Positions 40,737 to 49,765 of a stretch of 64,000 bases of DNA are shown here, one piece after another. A program made the position numbers and the translations under genes. Location: the sequence record ON529851.1; one strand, given 5' to 3'. Within the stretch, counting starts at the first letter, position 1. Every line of letters starts with the position of its first letter. The notes beneath the pieces were generated by a model, which did not search any database, had not been told where the DNA came from, and was given only the letters and a program-made list of their open reading frames with translations.

Positions 40737-41156
40737 TCAAAGGGTCAGGCTCCGGATAGGTCCGCCGGAATGGATGTCCAGCTTGATGGCGGCGGCGACC
40801 GCTTCGACCGCCGAGGCGCCGGCCAGCATCGCCCCCATCGCCAGGTCGCCGCCGGAGCCGAACGCCACCACGCCGGTGGTGTTGACCCAGGGACCTTGCG
40901 AGCCCCAGACCACCATGGTGCCGTCCGGGGTGATGACGAAGCCGTTGGCGTTGTTGCTGCCCTCGACCGGGCACTTGCCGCGCATGCCGCCCCGGACCCA
41001 CTCGCAGAAACGATGACAGATCGCGGTGCAGCCGGCGCCGCCGATCAAAACCCGCCTATGACGCCAAATCTTCTGGGAGAACCCGTCCCGTTGTCCGCCG
41101 GACGTCACGAGAGAGTCGGCGGCGAGCACGCCGTCTTTGAATGCGATGGTCGTCAA
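40737..41156 (-). CDS. Ntn-hydrolase (HslV/proteasome-beta-like) protease
   Basis: MTTIAF...LAADS, K, GSG...A.GAM..GASA.EAV..A...D..SGG. Confidence 0.8.
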   Translation of the reverse strand: MTTIAFKDGVLAADSLVTSGGQRDGFSQKIWRHRRVLIGGAGCTAICHRFCEWVRGGMRGKCPVEGSNNANGFVITPDGTMVVWGSQGPWVNTTGVVAFGSGGDLAMGAMLAGASAVEAVAAAIKLDIHSGGPIRSLTL

Positions 41157-41171
41157 GAGGGGAAATCGATA

Positions 41172-41459
41172 CTAGGGGCGTGGCTTGATGTTGCGGAAGT
41201 CCGCAGGCAGGGGCCAGCAGGTGATCAGGATGTCGTCGACGAACACGTAGAGATGCCCGGCGTGGACCCTCATGTTGTTCGCGGTGCGCTCGCGCAGGTA
41301 GATTCCGTCCAGGTAGCGTCGGAACTTCCCGGAGAACTGACTGTGGGTCGCGCCCTTCTCCAGGGCGGCGGCGGCCTGCCGTTCAACGGCGCGGCGAGGT
41401 AGACCCAGGCGTTTCCGCACTCTCAGGTCCGCGTGGTCGGTCACTTGAACATCGGTCAT
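41172..41459 (-). CDS. Hypothetical protein (95 aa)
   Basis: Own promoter at about 41468-41493; TDHA..R..KR motif. Confidence 0.7.
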   Translation of the reverse strand: MTDVQVTDHADLRVRKRLGLPRRAVERQAAAALEKGATHSQFSGKFRRYLDGIYLRERTANNMRVHAGHLYVFVDDILITCWPLPADFRNIKPRP

Positions 41460-41498
41460 GGCGCATTGTCAGCTAAACCGGCATTCAGTGTCAAGGAA

Positions 41499-41693
41499 TC
41501 AGTGGTCCGGCGGCGGCGTTTTCGGCGGCTGCGGCTCGGTCAGCGCCTTGTAGTCTTCCTCGGACATCAGGACGTAGCGGTGGTAGCCGTCCACGATCAC
41601 CAGGGGCTCGACGTAGGCCTTGCGGGAGAAGTTGGACCAGTGGTCGCGAATCTGGCTGGCGGAGATGCGCAGCAGGCCGTTGAAGCCGATCAT
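41499..41693 (-). CDS. Phd/YefM antitoxin-like protein (64 aa)
   Basis: ISASQIRDHWSNFSRKAYVEPLVI....RYVLMSEEDY matches the Phd pattern. Confidence 0.6.
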   Translation of the reverse strand: MIGFNGLLRISASQIRDHWSNFSRKAYVEPLVIVDGYHRYVLMSEEDYKALTEPQPPKTPPPDH

Positions 41694-41929
41694 TGCGGTC
41701 GATCCTTGAAACCGAACTGGGCGGGGACGCCATAGTGGGGCGCGTAGGCTGAGTAATCCTGGTCGTTCAGGATCACCCCGTGGAAGTTGCGCATGTAGCG
41801 CCGGTAGAAGATGTGGGCGCTCTTGGCGTCGTCTTCATCAAAGGCCAACTGGCGCCCGTTGACCTGGACGCCGAACGCCTCCAGCTTCGCCGTTCCAGAC
41901 GGGTTGAGCGTGAAGATGAACCGGGTCAC
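41690..41929 (-). CDS. Hypothetical protein (79 aa)
   Basis: Coupled ORF. Confidence 0.65.
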   Translation of the reverse strand: MTRFIFTLNPSGTAKLEAFGVQVNGRQLAFDEDDAKSAHIFYRRYMRNFHGVILNDQDYSAYAPHYGVPAQFGFKDRPQ

Positions 41930-42096
41930 ATCGTCTCCGCGATGAACTGCTCATCCCAGTCGGCCTCATGCATCGTCGCCGGCCAGTGCTCCGCGTTGAT
42001 CGCGTGCATCGCGCGCCACTTCACGGCGAAGGCGTCGACTTCCGCATGCAGCCGGCGCACGTAGTCGTCCAGGTTGAGTTCGGCCGGTTCAGGCAT
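41926..42096 (-). CDS. Hypothetical protein (56 aa)
   Basis: Coupled ORF. Confidence 0.6.
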   Translation of the reverse strand: MPEPAELNLDDYVRRLHAEVDAFAVKWRAMHAINAEHWPATMHEADWDEQFIAETM

Positions 42097-42289
42097 CAGG
42101 CGCTTCCAGGTCGACCTGCTTTTGACGACGGGCATGGTGTCCGGCGATGCAGGCTTGGGTCGCGAGTTCATCGCGATAGTATTTGAGACGGATCACCAGC
42201 CGCGCCATCTGCTCCTCCATGGAGGCGATCTGGTTTTCCAGGCTGATGCAGCGGGCGGACGCGGCGGCCGAAAGGAGGCTGTCGGTCAC
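42089..42289 (-). CDS. Hypothetical protein (66 aa)
   Basis: Coupled ORF. Confidence 0.6.
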   Translation of the reverse strand: MTDSLLSAAASARCISLENQIASMEEQMARLVIRLKYYRDELATQACIAGHHARRQKQVDLEAPDA

Positions 42290-42597
42290 AGCAGGGCTCC
42301 CTGCGGGCCGCCTTCCACCTGGTTTTTCGTCAGCCGGGCCAGGTCGTCAGCGGAGAGACGGGTGAAGTCGACCGCGTTGACCGTGACGGTCGATTGGACC
42401 TCGACGGTCTTGACGTCCTTGGTCGCCACCAGGATCACGCCGGCCAGGCCGGAGCCGACACCGCAGATCAGTTCGACGTGCTCGGGCTGGACGACGACGC
42501 CGAACGCCGCCAGCAGGGCGATCACGCCGAGCCAGGTCGAACGCTCGGTGGCGCGGGCGAGGACCGTGGCCCAGAGGATGTTCCAGTCGATGTTCAC
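42286..42597 (-). CDS. Two-TM membrane protein, holin-like
   Basis: E.STW.G...LAAFG...; two hydrophobic helices; no endolysin adjacent. Confidence 0.5.
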   Translation of the reverse strand: MNIDWNILWATVLARATERSTWLGVIALLAAFGVVVQPEHVELICGVGSGLAGVILVATKDVKTVEVQSTVTVNAVDFTRLSADDLARLTKNQVEGGPQGALL

Positions 42598-43448
42598 GCG
42601 GTGGTTCCATGCATGGCGCCGGCGGCGCCCGTCAGGAGGGAGGCGACGTTGACCGGCTGGGCTTTAGTCTGCGGCACGGCGAAGCGGATGTGGGAGAGGT
42701 CCAGCTTCGGCGCAGCGACGGGATCATCCAGGATCGCCAGGACCTTGTCCGGCGTCATCGGCTCAGGGATCGGAGCCTGGTCCATTTCCGGGTGGTACGC
42801 CTGCGTCAGTCGCAGCGCCTGGGTCTCGCGATCCAGAAGGCCCTTCGGCTCATTGATCCCGTAGGGCAGGCCGGCGAGCAGAGACGCGTAGGCGTTGTCA
42901 ACGTAGAAGCGGGCCAGGCCCGTCGGCAGGTCGACGTCGATCTGGGTGAAATACTCGCCGGAGCCGCAGGCCGCGACATTGAGGCCGGCGTCGGCCGCCA
43001 GGCGCGCGTAGGCGATGGTCAGGTGGTCGTAGTCCTCGCGCAGCTTCAGCGCGGCGGCCTCGGCGCCCTTCAGGTCGTCCTTCAGCGTGAGGTTTTCCTT
43101 GGTGGCGGCCGCCAGGGCGGCCTCGGCGCGCTTGGCCCGTTGCAGGTTGTCGTCGACCTGGGCGGAGAGTTCCTTCAACGCCGCGTCGCGGTCGTTCAGG
43201 GCGCGATTCAGGCGCTCGATCTCGGCCTGGGGCGTTTCGGCCGATGCAGGCGTCTCGCCCAGCTTGTCGCGGACCTCTTCCAGGAACTTCAGCTTCTCGG
43301 GGTCGAAGCACTCCGGCTGCTTGGCGAGGCGGTCGAACTCCGACGCCTTCTTGATGATGTCGTCGAAGGTCGGCAGGGCGCCCGGATTCTTCCAGGTGTC
43401 CTGGGGCAGCTTGGAGCCGTAGTCGTGGATCATGGAGATGATGCACAT
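42594..43448 (-). CDS. Coiled-coil hypothetical protein (284 aa, MCIISMI...)
   Basis: TGATG coupling. Confidence 0.75.
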   Translation of the reverse strand: MCIISMIHDYGSKLPQDTWKNPGALPTFDDIIKKASEFDRLAKQPECFDPEKLKFLEEVRDKLGETPASAETPQAEIERLNRALNDRDAALKELSAQVDDNLQRAKRAEAALAAATKENLTLKDDLKGAEAAALKLREDYDHLTIAYARLAADAGLNVAACGSGEYFTQIDVDLPTGLARFYVDNAYASLLAGLPYGINEPKGLLDRETQALRLTQAYHPEMDQAPIPEPMTPDKVLAILDDPVAAPKLDLSHIRFAVPQTKAQPVNVASLLTGAAGAMHGTTA

Positions 43449-44446
43449 CAGGCGCGACCTTCCAACAGCTTGGCGAACAGGGGATGGGCGACCGTGTCGG
43501 CGTCCAGGTCGCGCTCGATCGCCGAGGTGAGGGACGCTTCTTTCCACACGGCTTCCGACTGCGTGAGGGGAACGGCGGCGTCGGCCGCGCGCGCCTGGGC
43601 CATTGCTTCGACCGCGTCGTTGTAGCCCATGCCGGCGTCCTCAAACATGGCCTCGGCGATAGATTGCGCACTATCGTCGAGGGCGGAGGCGACGACCTGT
43701 TCGGCCGACGTCACCGGGCTGGCGCCGTTCGCCAGGGCCAGCTTGTCCGTCGCGCTCAACTGCCGGGCGGCGGCGCGGCGCTCCAGGGCGATGTCCGCCG
43801 GGGTCTTGACGCGGGGGCGCGCGCCAGTCAGGGCGTGCGTCAGAAGGGCGTGGGCTTCTTTCAGACGGGCCGTAGCCTCGTCGCGCATCTTGGAGGATTC
43901 CGACTTCAGGTCCTCGGTGCGGCGCACCACTTCCTGGCGGTCCCGCTCGATGATGGCGCTCTCGCGGGCGTAGGTCAGCGCCTCGGTGATCATCATCTCG
44001 GCCCTGGCCGGCGAGGGGATGCGCTCGCGCAGGTCGTGCAGTTCCTTGGAACGTTCAATCAGGGCTTCGCGGAACTCACCCAGCTTGGCTTCAGACTTCG
44101 TAGCGCGGGCGGACGCTTCGGCCGCTTCCTGGCGCGCGGCGGTGAGCGCCTCGGCCAGGCCCTCGGTGCGTTCAACGAGACCTTCCAGTTCGTCGGCGAT
44201 GTCCTTGGTGTCCACCACCACGGTCAGGGTTTCAGCGCCCGGCTTCGCTTCGCGGAAGGTGACACGGTAGGGGCGCGACAGGTCCGAGATCGCCCGCGTG
44301 GTGCTCGGGGTGTTCTCGGGCACAACGACTTCGTGGCCGGCGCCGCGCAGGGCCTGGGCCAGCACCGCCATCAGGGTGGACTTGCCGGAGCCTGCGTCGC
44401 CGGACACCGTCACGGTCACTTCGCAGGTTTGGTTCTTATCGGTCAT
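43448..44446 (-). CDS. Coiled-coil protein with N-terminal P-loop and a scaffold-like motif (332 aa)
   Basis: GDAGSGKST; SATDKLALANG. Confidence 0.75.
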   Translation of the reverse strand: MTDKNQTCEVTVTVSGDAGSGKSTLMAVLAQALRGAGHEVVVPENTPSTTRAISDLSRPYRVTFREAKPGAETLTVVVDTKDIADELEGLVERTEGLAEALTAARQEAAEASARATKSEAKLGEFREALIERSKELHDLRERIPSPARAEMMITEALTYARESAIIERDRQEVVRRTEDLKSESSKMRDEATARLKEAHALLTHALTGARPRVKTPADIALERRAAARQLSATDKLALANGASPVTSAEQVVASALDDSAQSIAEAMFEDAGMGYNDAVEAMAQARAADAAVPLTQSEAVWKEASLTSAIERDLDADTVAHPLFAKLLEGRA

Positions 44447-44455
44447 GGAGTTCTT

Positions 44456-44740
44456 TCAGAGCCACACGGGGCGGCGGGAAGGGCGCAGGCGAGGCGCGAC
44501 GATGGTGTTGATCCAGTCCACGAGGCGCTTGCGCAGGTCGGGATCGACGAGGCGCGCTTCAGCGTCCGGACAGGAGTAGAGACTGGACCAGCAGATGATC
44601 GCGGTTTCGAACCGGAAGCCGTAGATCGCGTCGCTGTCGAACGCTTCGACCGCATGGACCATGCAACCCTCCAGGCCGACGTCGATCTTGTCCTCAGCGA
44701 CGTTGAACGCCACCAGGAGGACGGGCTTGGGGAACTGCAT
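44456..44740 (-). CDS. Hypothetical protein (94 aa)
   Basis: TGATG coupling. Confidence 0.6.
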   Translation of the reverse strand: MQFPKPVLLVAFNVAEDKIDVGLEGCMVHAVEAFDSDAIYGFRFETAIICWSSLYSCPDAEARLVDPDLRKRLVDWINTIVAPRLRPSRRPVWL

Positions 44741-44901
44741 CAGAAGCACTTCCCGAGAATGTAGCCGATGGCGACGCCGGTCATGACGGGCGTCCCGCCG
44801 ACGACCACCAGGGTGGCCCTCCAGTGGGAGACGCACCAGGCCAGAAGCCGGTTGCCGCCCTCATCGAGCCATCCGAAGTAGTCGTCGGAGGTGGAGTTCA
44901 T
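44740..44901 (-). CDS. Small membrane protein (53 aa)
   Basis: TGATG coupling, C-terminal TM. Confidence 0.55.
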   Translation of the reverse strand: MNSTSDDYFGWLDEGGNRLLAWCVSHWRATLVVVGGTPVMTGVAIGYILGKCF

Positions 44902-45062
44902 CAGTTTGAGCCCAGGCCCTCGAAGATCGCTCCGAGGAGTTCGCCGCAACCTTCCAGAAGGTCGCCGAGGAAAGCGAAGACGAAGAAACCGTCCCAGAAG
45001 CTGTCGTTGTGACGACGCTGCGGCCGGGCCGGCTCCTTCTTCTTCAGGTCGATGCGGGTCAC
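44901..45062 (-). CDS. Small protein (53 aa, MTRIDLKKK...)
   Basis: GTGA/TGATG coupling at both ends. Confidence 0.55.
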   Translation of the reverse strand: MTRIDLKKKEPARPQRRHNDSFWDGFFVFAFLGDLLEGCGELLGAIFEGLGSN

Positions 45063-45205
45063 CCGTAGAGGACGCAGCCGGACATCACGCCGAGGATGAA
45101 GATCATCGCAGCGGCGATCTTGGTCTCCTTGACGATGGTCAGCGCCTGCTTGGCGCCGGCTTCGAGGGCGGCCTTGACGGGCAGGAAGATGGTGTTGAAG
45201 TCCAT
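45059..45205 (-). CDS. Small membrane protein (48 aa, MDFNTIF...)
   Basis: C-terminal TM; coupled. Confidence 0.55.
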   Translation of the reverse strand: MDFNTIFLPVKAALEAGAKQALTIVKETKIAAAMIFILGVMSGCVLYG

Positions 45206-45209
45206 AGGA

Positions 45210-45362
45210 TCAGGTCTCGGTTCGTTTGGGGGCGGTGAGGAAGGCGTAGAAGAGGCTGGCGGTCTCGATCACGTCATGCTTGTCGTCATCGCTGCCGCGA
45301 ATGGCGATGGCGGCGCGGAGCGCGTCCAGAGCCAGGTCGGGGTTGTAGTCGGTGGGGCTCAT
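45210..45362 (-). CDS. Hypothetical protein (50 aa, MSPTDYN...)
   Basis: TGATG coupling. Confidence 0.55.
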   Translation of the reverse strand: MSPTDYNPDLALDALRAAIAIRGSDDDKHDVIETASLFYAFLTAPKRTET

Positions 45363-45571
45363 CAGGAGGTCTTCCGAGGCCGCCCGCGTTTCGGCTTGGC
45401 CGGCGCGGGTTTCTTGGCGGGGAGGGGGCGCGGACCGTCGGGCGAAAAGCCGCCCAGGATCGCAAGGTCTTCATCGTCGAACTCGGCGATCCCGAAGGGG
45501 TTGTCCGAGTGGGCCTCTTCTTCATCCAGGTCGTGGATGAGATCATTGAGGTCGGAGTAGCGGCGAGACAT
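45362..45571 (-). CDS. Small acidic protein with C-terminal AT-hook-like motif (69 aa)
   Basis: KPKRGRPRKTS. Confidence 0.6.
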   Translation of the reverse strand: MSRRYSDLNDLIHDLDEEEAHSDNPFGIAEFDDEDLAILGGFSPDGPRPLPAKKPAPAKPKRGRPRKTS

Positions 45572-45591
45572 GATCTGGGCGGCTGACGCGG

Positions 45592-46002
45592 TTACGGGTT
45601 CGGGTTGATCCGGTAGATCGGCAGCGGCGCCGCCTCCTGACCGTTGCGCGCGGCATGGAAGAGGGCGGTGGTCTCCTCGACGGCGCCCTTGGCGATCAGT
45701 TCCGGGATGCGGAACCCGCGCACGCGGTGCGCCGCCAGGTCGCGGTCGGTAAAGGACCGCCACTGGGTCTCCGTCACCCAGCCGGCGCCGGAGGCTTCCA
45801 TCACGCGGGCCAGGCCGACGCAGGCCTTGATCTCGGTGTTGGTCATGCCGACGGTGGTCAGGTGGGCCGGCAGGGACGTCGCGGTCAGCGTGTCTTCGGC
45901 TTCAGGCAGCTTGGCGAACGCCACAGTGCCGGCGGGGCGCAGTTGCTGAGGCGCGCCGGCGGAGCCGGGGCCAGTGCGGAACTTATCGGTTTGGGAGGGC
46001 AT
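45592..46002 (-). CDS. Hypothetical protein (136 aa)
   Basis: ORF downstream of the portal. Confidence 0.65.
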   Translation of the reverse strand: MPSQTDKFRTGPGSAGAPQQLRPAGTVAFAKLPEAEDTLTATSLPAHLTTVGMTNTEIKACVGLARVMEASGAGWVTETQWRSFTDRDLAAHRVRGFRIPELIAKGAVEETTALFHAARNGQEAAPLPIYRINPNP

Positions 46003-46008
46003 GTACGG

Positions 46009-46125
46009 TTACGACTTCTTGCGCTTGTGCGGCACGGGGTTCTTCTTGGTGTTCGGTTTGGCCTTGCCGGGCTTTCCGACGGGCTTGGCGAACGGGTTGG
46101 CGGTGAGGGCGTCGAGCGGCGGCAT
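46009..46125 (-). CDS. Small Lys-rich peptide (38 aa, MPPLDAL...HKRKKS)
   Basis: TGATG overlap with the portal stop. Confidence 0.5.
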   Translation of the reverse strand: MPPLDALTANPFAKPVGKPGKAKPNTKKNPVPHKRKKS

Positions 46126-48110
46126 CAGGTGGTGCTGCCAGGTCGACGCGTGGTGGGGGCGGGGGTGGGGGCGGTCGCTTTGTTCGCGGCGGCCCGGATG
46201 GCGGCGTCGGCCTGCTTCGCCTGGATGTCCAGTTGACGCTGGGCCTTCTGCGAGGGCGGGGCTTGCTCGATGTCGCCGAGTTCTCGCGACGCCGAGACGG
46301 ACGTGGCGCCGTACTGCTGCGCGAAGGCCAGCTTCTCTTCTTCCAGGGCGCGGGCGCGTTCCTGGAGGTCGATTTCCTGCTGCTGGAAGTCGGCTTCGCG
46401 AGCGATGCGGGCCTGCTCCAGTTCCTGGGCGCGGGAGACGTAGCCGCGACGCATGGCTTCAGCGTCAGGTTGGCCGACGAAGGAGTTGGCGTCCTTCATC
46501 TTGGCGGTGAACTCGTCCAGGGTTTCGCTGGACGGGATCAGGCCGTACTTGATCCACACCTCATACACATGCTCGGACGTCAGCAGGCCGGCTTCGACCA
46601 GTTGCTGCACCGCGCGGATCGCGCGGGCGTCCAGGGCGGTCGACAGGAAGGTGGTGTCGATCTCGTAGCGCACCTTGGCGGTGTCGCTGAGCAGGACGTC
46701 GCGGAACATGAGCCAGAAGCGCACGACCTGCGTCATGCCTTCTTCCAGGGCGGTGATGACGTTCAGCAGCAACGACTGTTCGTTGGCCTCGCGCATCGCC
46801 GACTGCTGGTTGGATTCGGAGGTGGACTTGGAGGCGCCGGGCATCATGCGCCCGCCGATCGCTGCGATCTGCTGCTCCTTCTCGTTCAAGGCGCGTTCCA
46901 GGGTCTTCAGACCCTCGCCCTTGAACTCCAGGATGCCGGGCTGCTCGCCGGACGGCACTTCCCAGACGGTGCCGGGGCCGATGTGGTATTCCGCCGCGTC
47001 ATTGTCGGCGTTGCCCGGCGCGTAATAGGTCGGCAGGGCGGTGTAGAAGCGCCCATACTCCAGTTCGGCGTAGGTGCGGTAGTGCTTCAGGTTCAGGTCG
47101 ACGATGTCGAGGATCGGCGGCTTTTCGCAGTCGGCCGCGTTCGAGAAGGCGCCGAAGAAGACGAAGGGGATGAAGCGCAGCGGGTTGCCCCGGATCAGCG
47201 GCGTCAGCACCTCTTCGGGAATGCCGGTCGGGTCCTCGCGGTAGACGCGCTGGACGTAGACGCGGGAGCCGTCATCCTGGAACTCCAGGACGAGTTCGCG
47301 ATAGATCGTGGTGTAGTGGTAGCCGCCGGCAACCGTCGGATCGGGCAGCGCCTGACGCGACTTGCCCGCCGCCGGGGTCATGGTGCCGTCGGCCGTGCGG
47401 ACCATGGCGGTCTGCGGGCGCGTGCGGCGTCCACGGCGGTTCGGCTCGTCGATCCACCGGTTATCGTGACTCCCTGACGCCTGCTCGCGAACGAACTCAC
47501 GCAACAGGATGCGGGTGGGGACGTAGAAGCCGTCAACGTCTTCGATCTGCCAGTCGAGGATGTTTTCGGCGGCGTAGCCGACGGCGAACGCCTGCGGCTT
47601 GGCGCCGGGCGTCGACTTGGCGGCGTCGACGAGCACGCCGAACCGCCCCAGAGCCAACTGCTCGGTGGCGATCGTCTTGGCGAAGGTCGAGTGGCTGGAG
47701 CCGTCCTTGGCGAAACGGTAAAGCGAGGGGGCGATGTCCTGGCCGGCGTTGACGACGATTTCCTCGCCGTCCGAGCCGCGCGCGATCACCGCGCCGGGAC
47801 GCGGCAGGCCGCGCACCTGGGGCGGGCGGCGGAAGACCTGACCCACCATGCCCGCCAGGGTCTGGTTGGTCATGTTGTAGAAGACGGCGCGGTGCAGGTA
47901 TTCTTCGTACTGGGCGCCGTCGGACCCGGTCATCGGGCGCAGGTACTCCGCGCCCTTCTTCTTGATCTCGCGCTCGCCGGCGATGGCGTCGCGAATCTTC
48001 GACCACTCGGGGCGCCAGTATTCGTATTCGGGGTGAACGACGTGGCTGAAGGCCTGGACAGCGCGCTTGGTGCGGCTGATGTTCGTCGAGTTGGGCGCGG
48101 TGCCGGCCAT
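46125..48110 (-). CDS. Portal protein (DUF4055-type)
   Basis: HPEY...W.KIRD...GE...Y..YL.RAVFYN.T..TL...GRFGVLVD...IPF.FFG...PP.LDI..LNL.HY. Confidence 0.88.
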   Translation of the reverse strand: MAGTAPNSTNISRTKRAVQAFSHVVHPEYEYWRPEWSKIRDAIAGEREIKKKGAEYLRPMTGSDGAQYEEYLHRAVFYNMTNQTLAGMVGQVFRRPPQVRGLPRPGAVIARGSDGEEIVVNAGQDIAPSLYRFAKDGSSHSTFAKTIATEQLALGRFGVLVDAAKSTPGAKPQAFAVGYAAENILDWQIEDVDGFYVPTRILLREFVREQASGSHDNRWIDEPNRRGRRTRPQTAMVRTADGTMTPAAGKSRQALPDPTVAGGYHYTTIYRELVLEFQDDGSRVYVQRVYREDPTGIPEEVLTPLIRGNPLRFIPFVFFGAFSNAADCEKPPILDIVDLNLKHYRTYAELEYGRFYTALPTYYAPGNADNDAAEYHIGPGTVWEVPSGEQPGILEFKGEGLKTLERALNEKEQQIAAIGGRMMPGASKSTSESNQQSAMREANEQSLLLNVITALEEGMTQVVRFWLMFRDVLLSDTAKVRYEIDTTFLSTALDARAIRAVQQLVEAGLLTSEHVYEVWIKYGLIPSSETLDEFTAKMKDANSFVGQPDAEAMRRGYVSRAQELEQARIAREADFQQQEIDLQERARALEEEKLAFAQQYGATSVSASRELGDIEQAPPSQKAQRQLDIQAKQADAAIRAAANKATAPTPAPTTRRPGSTT

Positions 48111-48348
48111 ATAGGGATGTGTCGGTCAAAAAGACCGGGAGGGTCACCGCCCGAACGACGGACCGAGACCCTCCCGAAGGGTCAGACGAAAACGTCAGGG
48201 CCAGAAGGCCTTAACGCCGCCATACCTGCCATGAAACGGCACCTGTGTCAAGATTTACGGCAATCAAGGCCGCCGTTCGAGTCATCAATCCCGGCCGTTA
48301 ACCCTCTTTTGCCATTGACGTTGACAGATTCGCCTCTAAGGTCGGGCT

Positions 48349-48539
48349 TTCCAACGAGGCCTGCGGGCTTCCTGATAACCCGAGCGGAGGAGGTCGCCAT
48401 GTGAAAGACACACCGCCCTGGGGGAGCCAGGGGTCGGCCGGCGCGAGACTTTACCCAGAGGCGCGACCGGTCTTCAGCAGCGCACGCTTGACCACATAGT
48501 GTGAAGGCCCCGCCGAGCAATCGACGGGGCCTTCTTCTT
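48349..48539 (+). ncRNA. Candidate antisense-oriented small RNA or minigene transcript
   Basis: Promoter TTGACG-N16-TAAGGT (48315-48342); SD GGAGGAGG + ATG-TGA; terminator at 48504-48539. Confidence 0.45.
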
Positions 48540-48558
48540 GGGCGGGGTCTGGGCGGTG

Positions 48559-49266
48559 CTACGGTTGGGGCGTCCTCCATTGCAGGGCCGCGCACAGCGG
48601 CGTTTCAACCAGGTTGCGGGCGCCGGCCGCTTTCGGCCCGCCCGTATTGAAGATCGCCACCACCTCTCCGGCGCCGTTGACGATCGGGCCGCCCGACATG
48701 CCGGGGTGGGCCTCGCCCCCCAGGACCGCCTGGTGATAGGCCGTCTCGCCCGTCTTCAGGCGCTGGTCGGCGTAACCGCCGGCGAAGGTCAGGCGCTGCG
48801 CGGCGAAATCCACGCCGTGCGCGTAGCCGAAGCCCAGATACTCCGTGCCGGCGCGAAGCCCGTCGCAGTTCACCGGCGTGACCGGCGTCTCGCCCAGATC
48901 GGCGGTCAGAACCGCCATGTCCAGACGCCGGTCCAGGTAGGAGACCGCGACGATCCGCTCCTTGAAGACGCAGGCGGCGTTGTGGTCCACGACGTGGGCG
49001 GCGGTGAGGATGCGGTTGCGGGCGATGATCGTGCCGGTGCCGGTGTAGATGCGCGACCGCGCCTTCTGGTCCGGCGTCATGGCGTCAAGGTCCGCGATCC
49101 CCAGGCCGTCCGGCAGGCGCAGGCAGGTGATCAGACCGACGGTGTTCAGGTTGAGGAAGTATCGATCCTGGGAGGAGCCGGAAAGGCTCAGGGGCGCCGC
49201 CGCCGGCGTCAACGTGGACGCGAAAAGGACGATGGCCGTGAAGAGTACGGCGAGCGATCGGCGCAT
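48559..49266 (-). CDS. Trypsin-like serine peptidase with signal peptide
   Basis: GTG...ILTAAHVV...DMAVL...GMSGGPI. Confidence 0.88.
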   Translation of the reverse strand: MRRSLAVLFTAIVLFASTLTPAAAPLSLSGSSQDRYFLNLNTVGLITCLRLPDGLGIADLDAMTPDQKARSRIYTGTGTIIARNRILTAAHVVDHNAACVFKERIVAVSYLDRRLDMAVLTADLGETPVTPVNCDGLRAGTEYLGFGYAHGVDFAAQRLTFAGGYADQRLKTGETAYHQAVLGGEAHPGMSGGPIVNGAGEVVAIFNTGGPKAAGARNLVETPLCAALQWRTPQP

Positions 49267-49765
49267 GGCGAGGACCAATGTGATGTGTCAGGAATACTGA
49301 CACACTTGACCTAAAAAAGCAACGCTTACGCAACGCCCGTGCGAAAATAGCGAGAACCTTGCAGCGCTACGCACGATCCTGCGCCCCACGGTCCCCGGAG
49401 GGCCGCGCCGGGGAGAATTGTGTCATGACCTGGGCAGGTTTCACGGCGAGCGCACCTGGAGTCTTCCCCATTCCGGGTGCGTCAAAATTGGATTCAATAA
49501 TTTTTCGGAAATTCGATGTTCAGTTTTGAATCCGATTCCGGGAAAACGCGCCGGCCGTTTTGATCAAGACCCCCTACCCCCGCCCCCCTGGCGGGCGCGC
49601 GCCAGGTTCGGAAGGGAATGCTCAAATCTCAATCCATCCGCCTGGCGCCCCGGCGAAAATCGGCCAAGGGTGGGGGGCCTTGGGTCCCTGCCCGTCCCGT
49701 TTTGAAACAGGGGGGCCATGGGGGGTCCGGCCCCCCGTGGGAGGGGGCCGGGGGAGGCGGGGCCG

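Noticed and set aside
41172-41693. Complete toxin-antitoxin operon
   Set aside because: The downstream gene has its own promoter and no clear toxin motifs.
42286-42597. Lysis cassette
   Set aside because: Only a holin-like membrane protein is present; no endolysin or spanin nearby.
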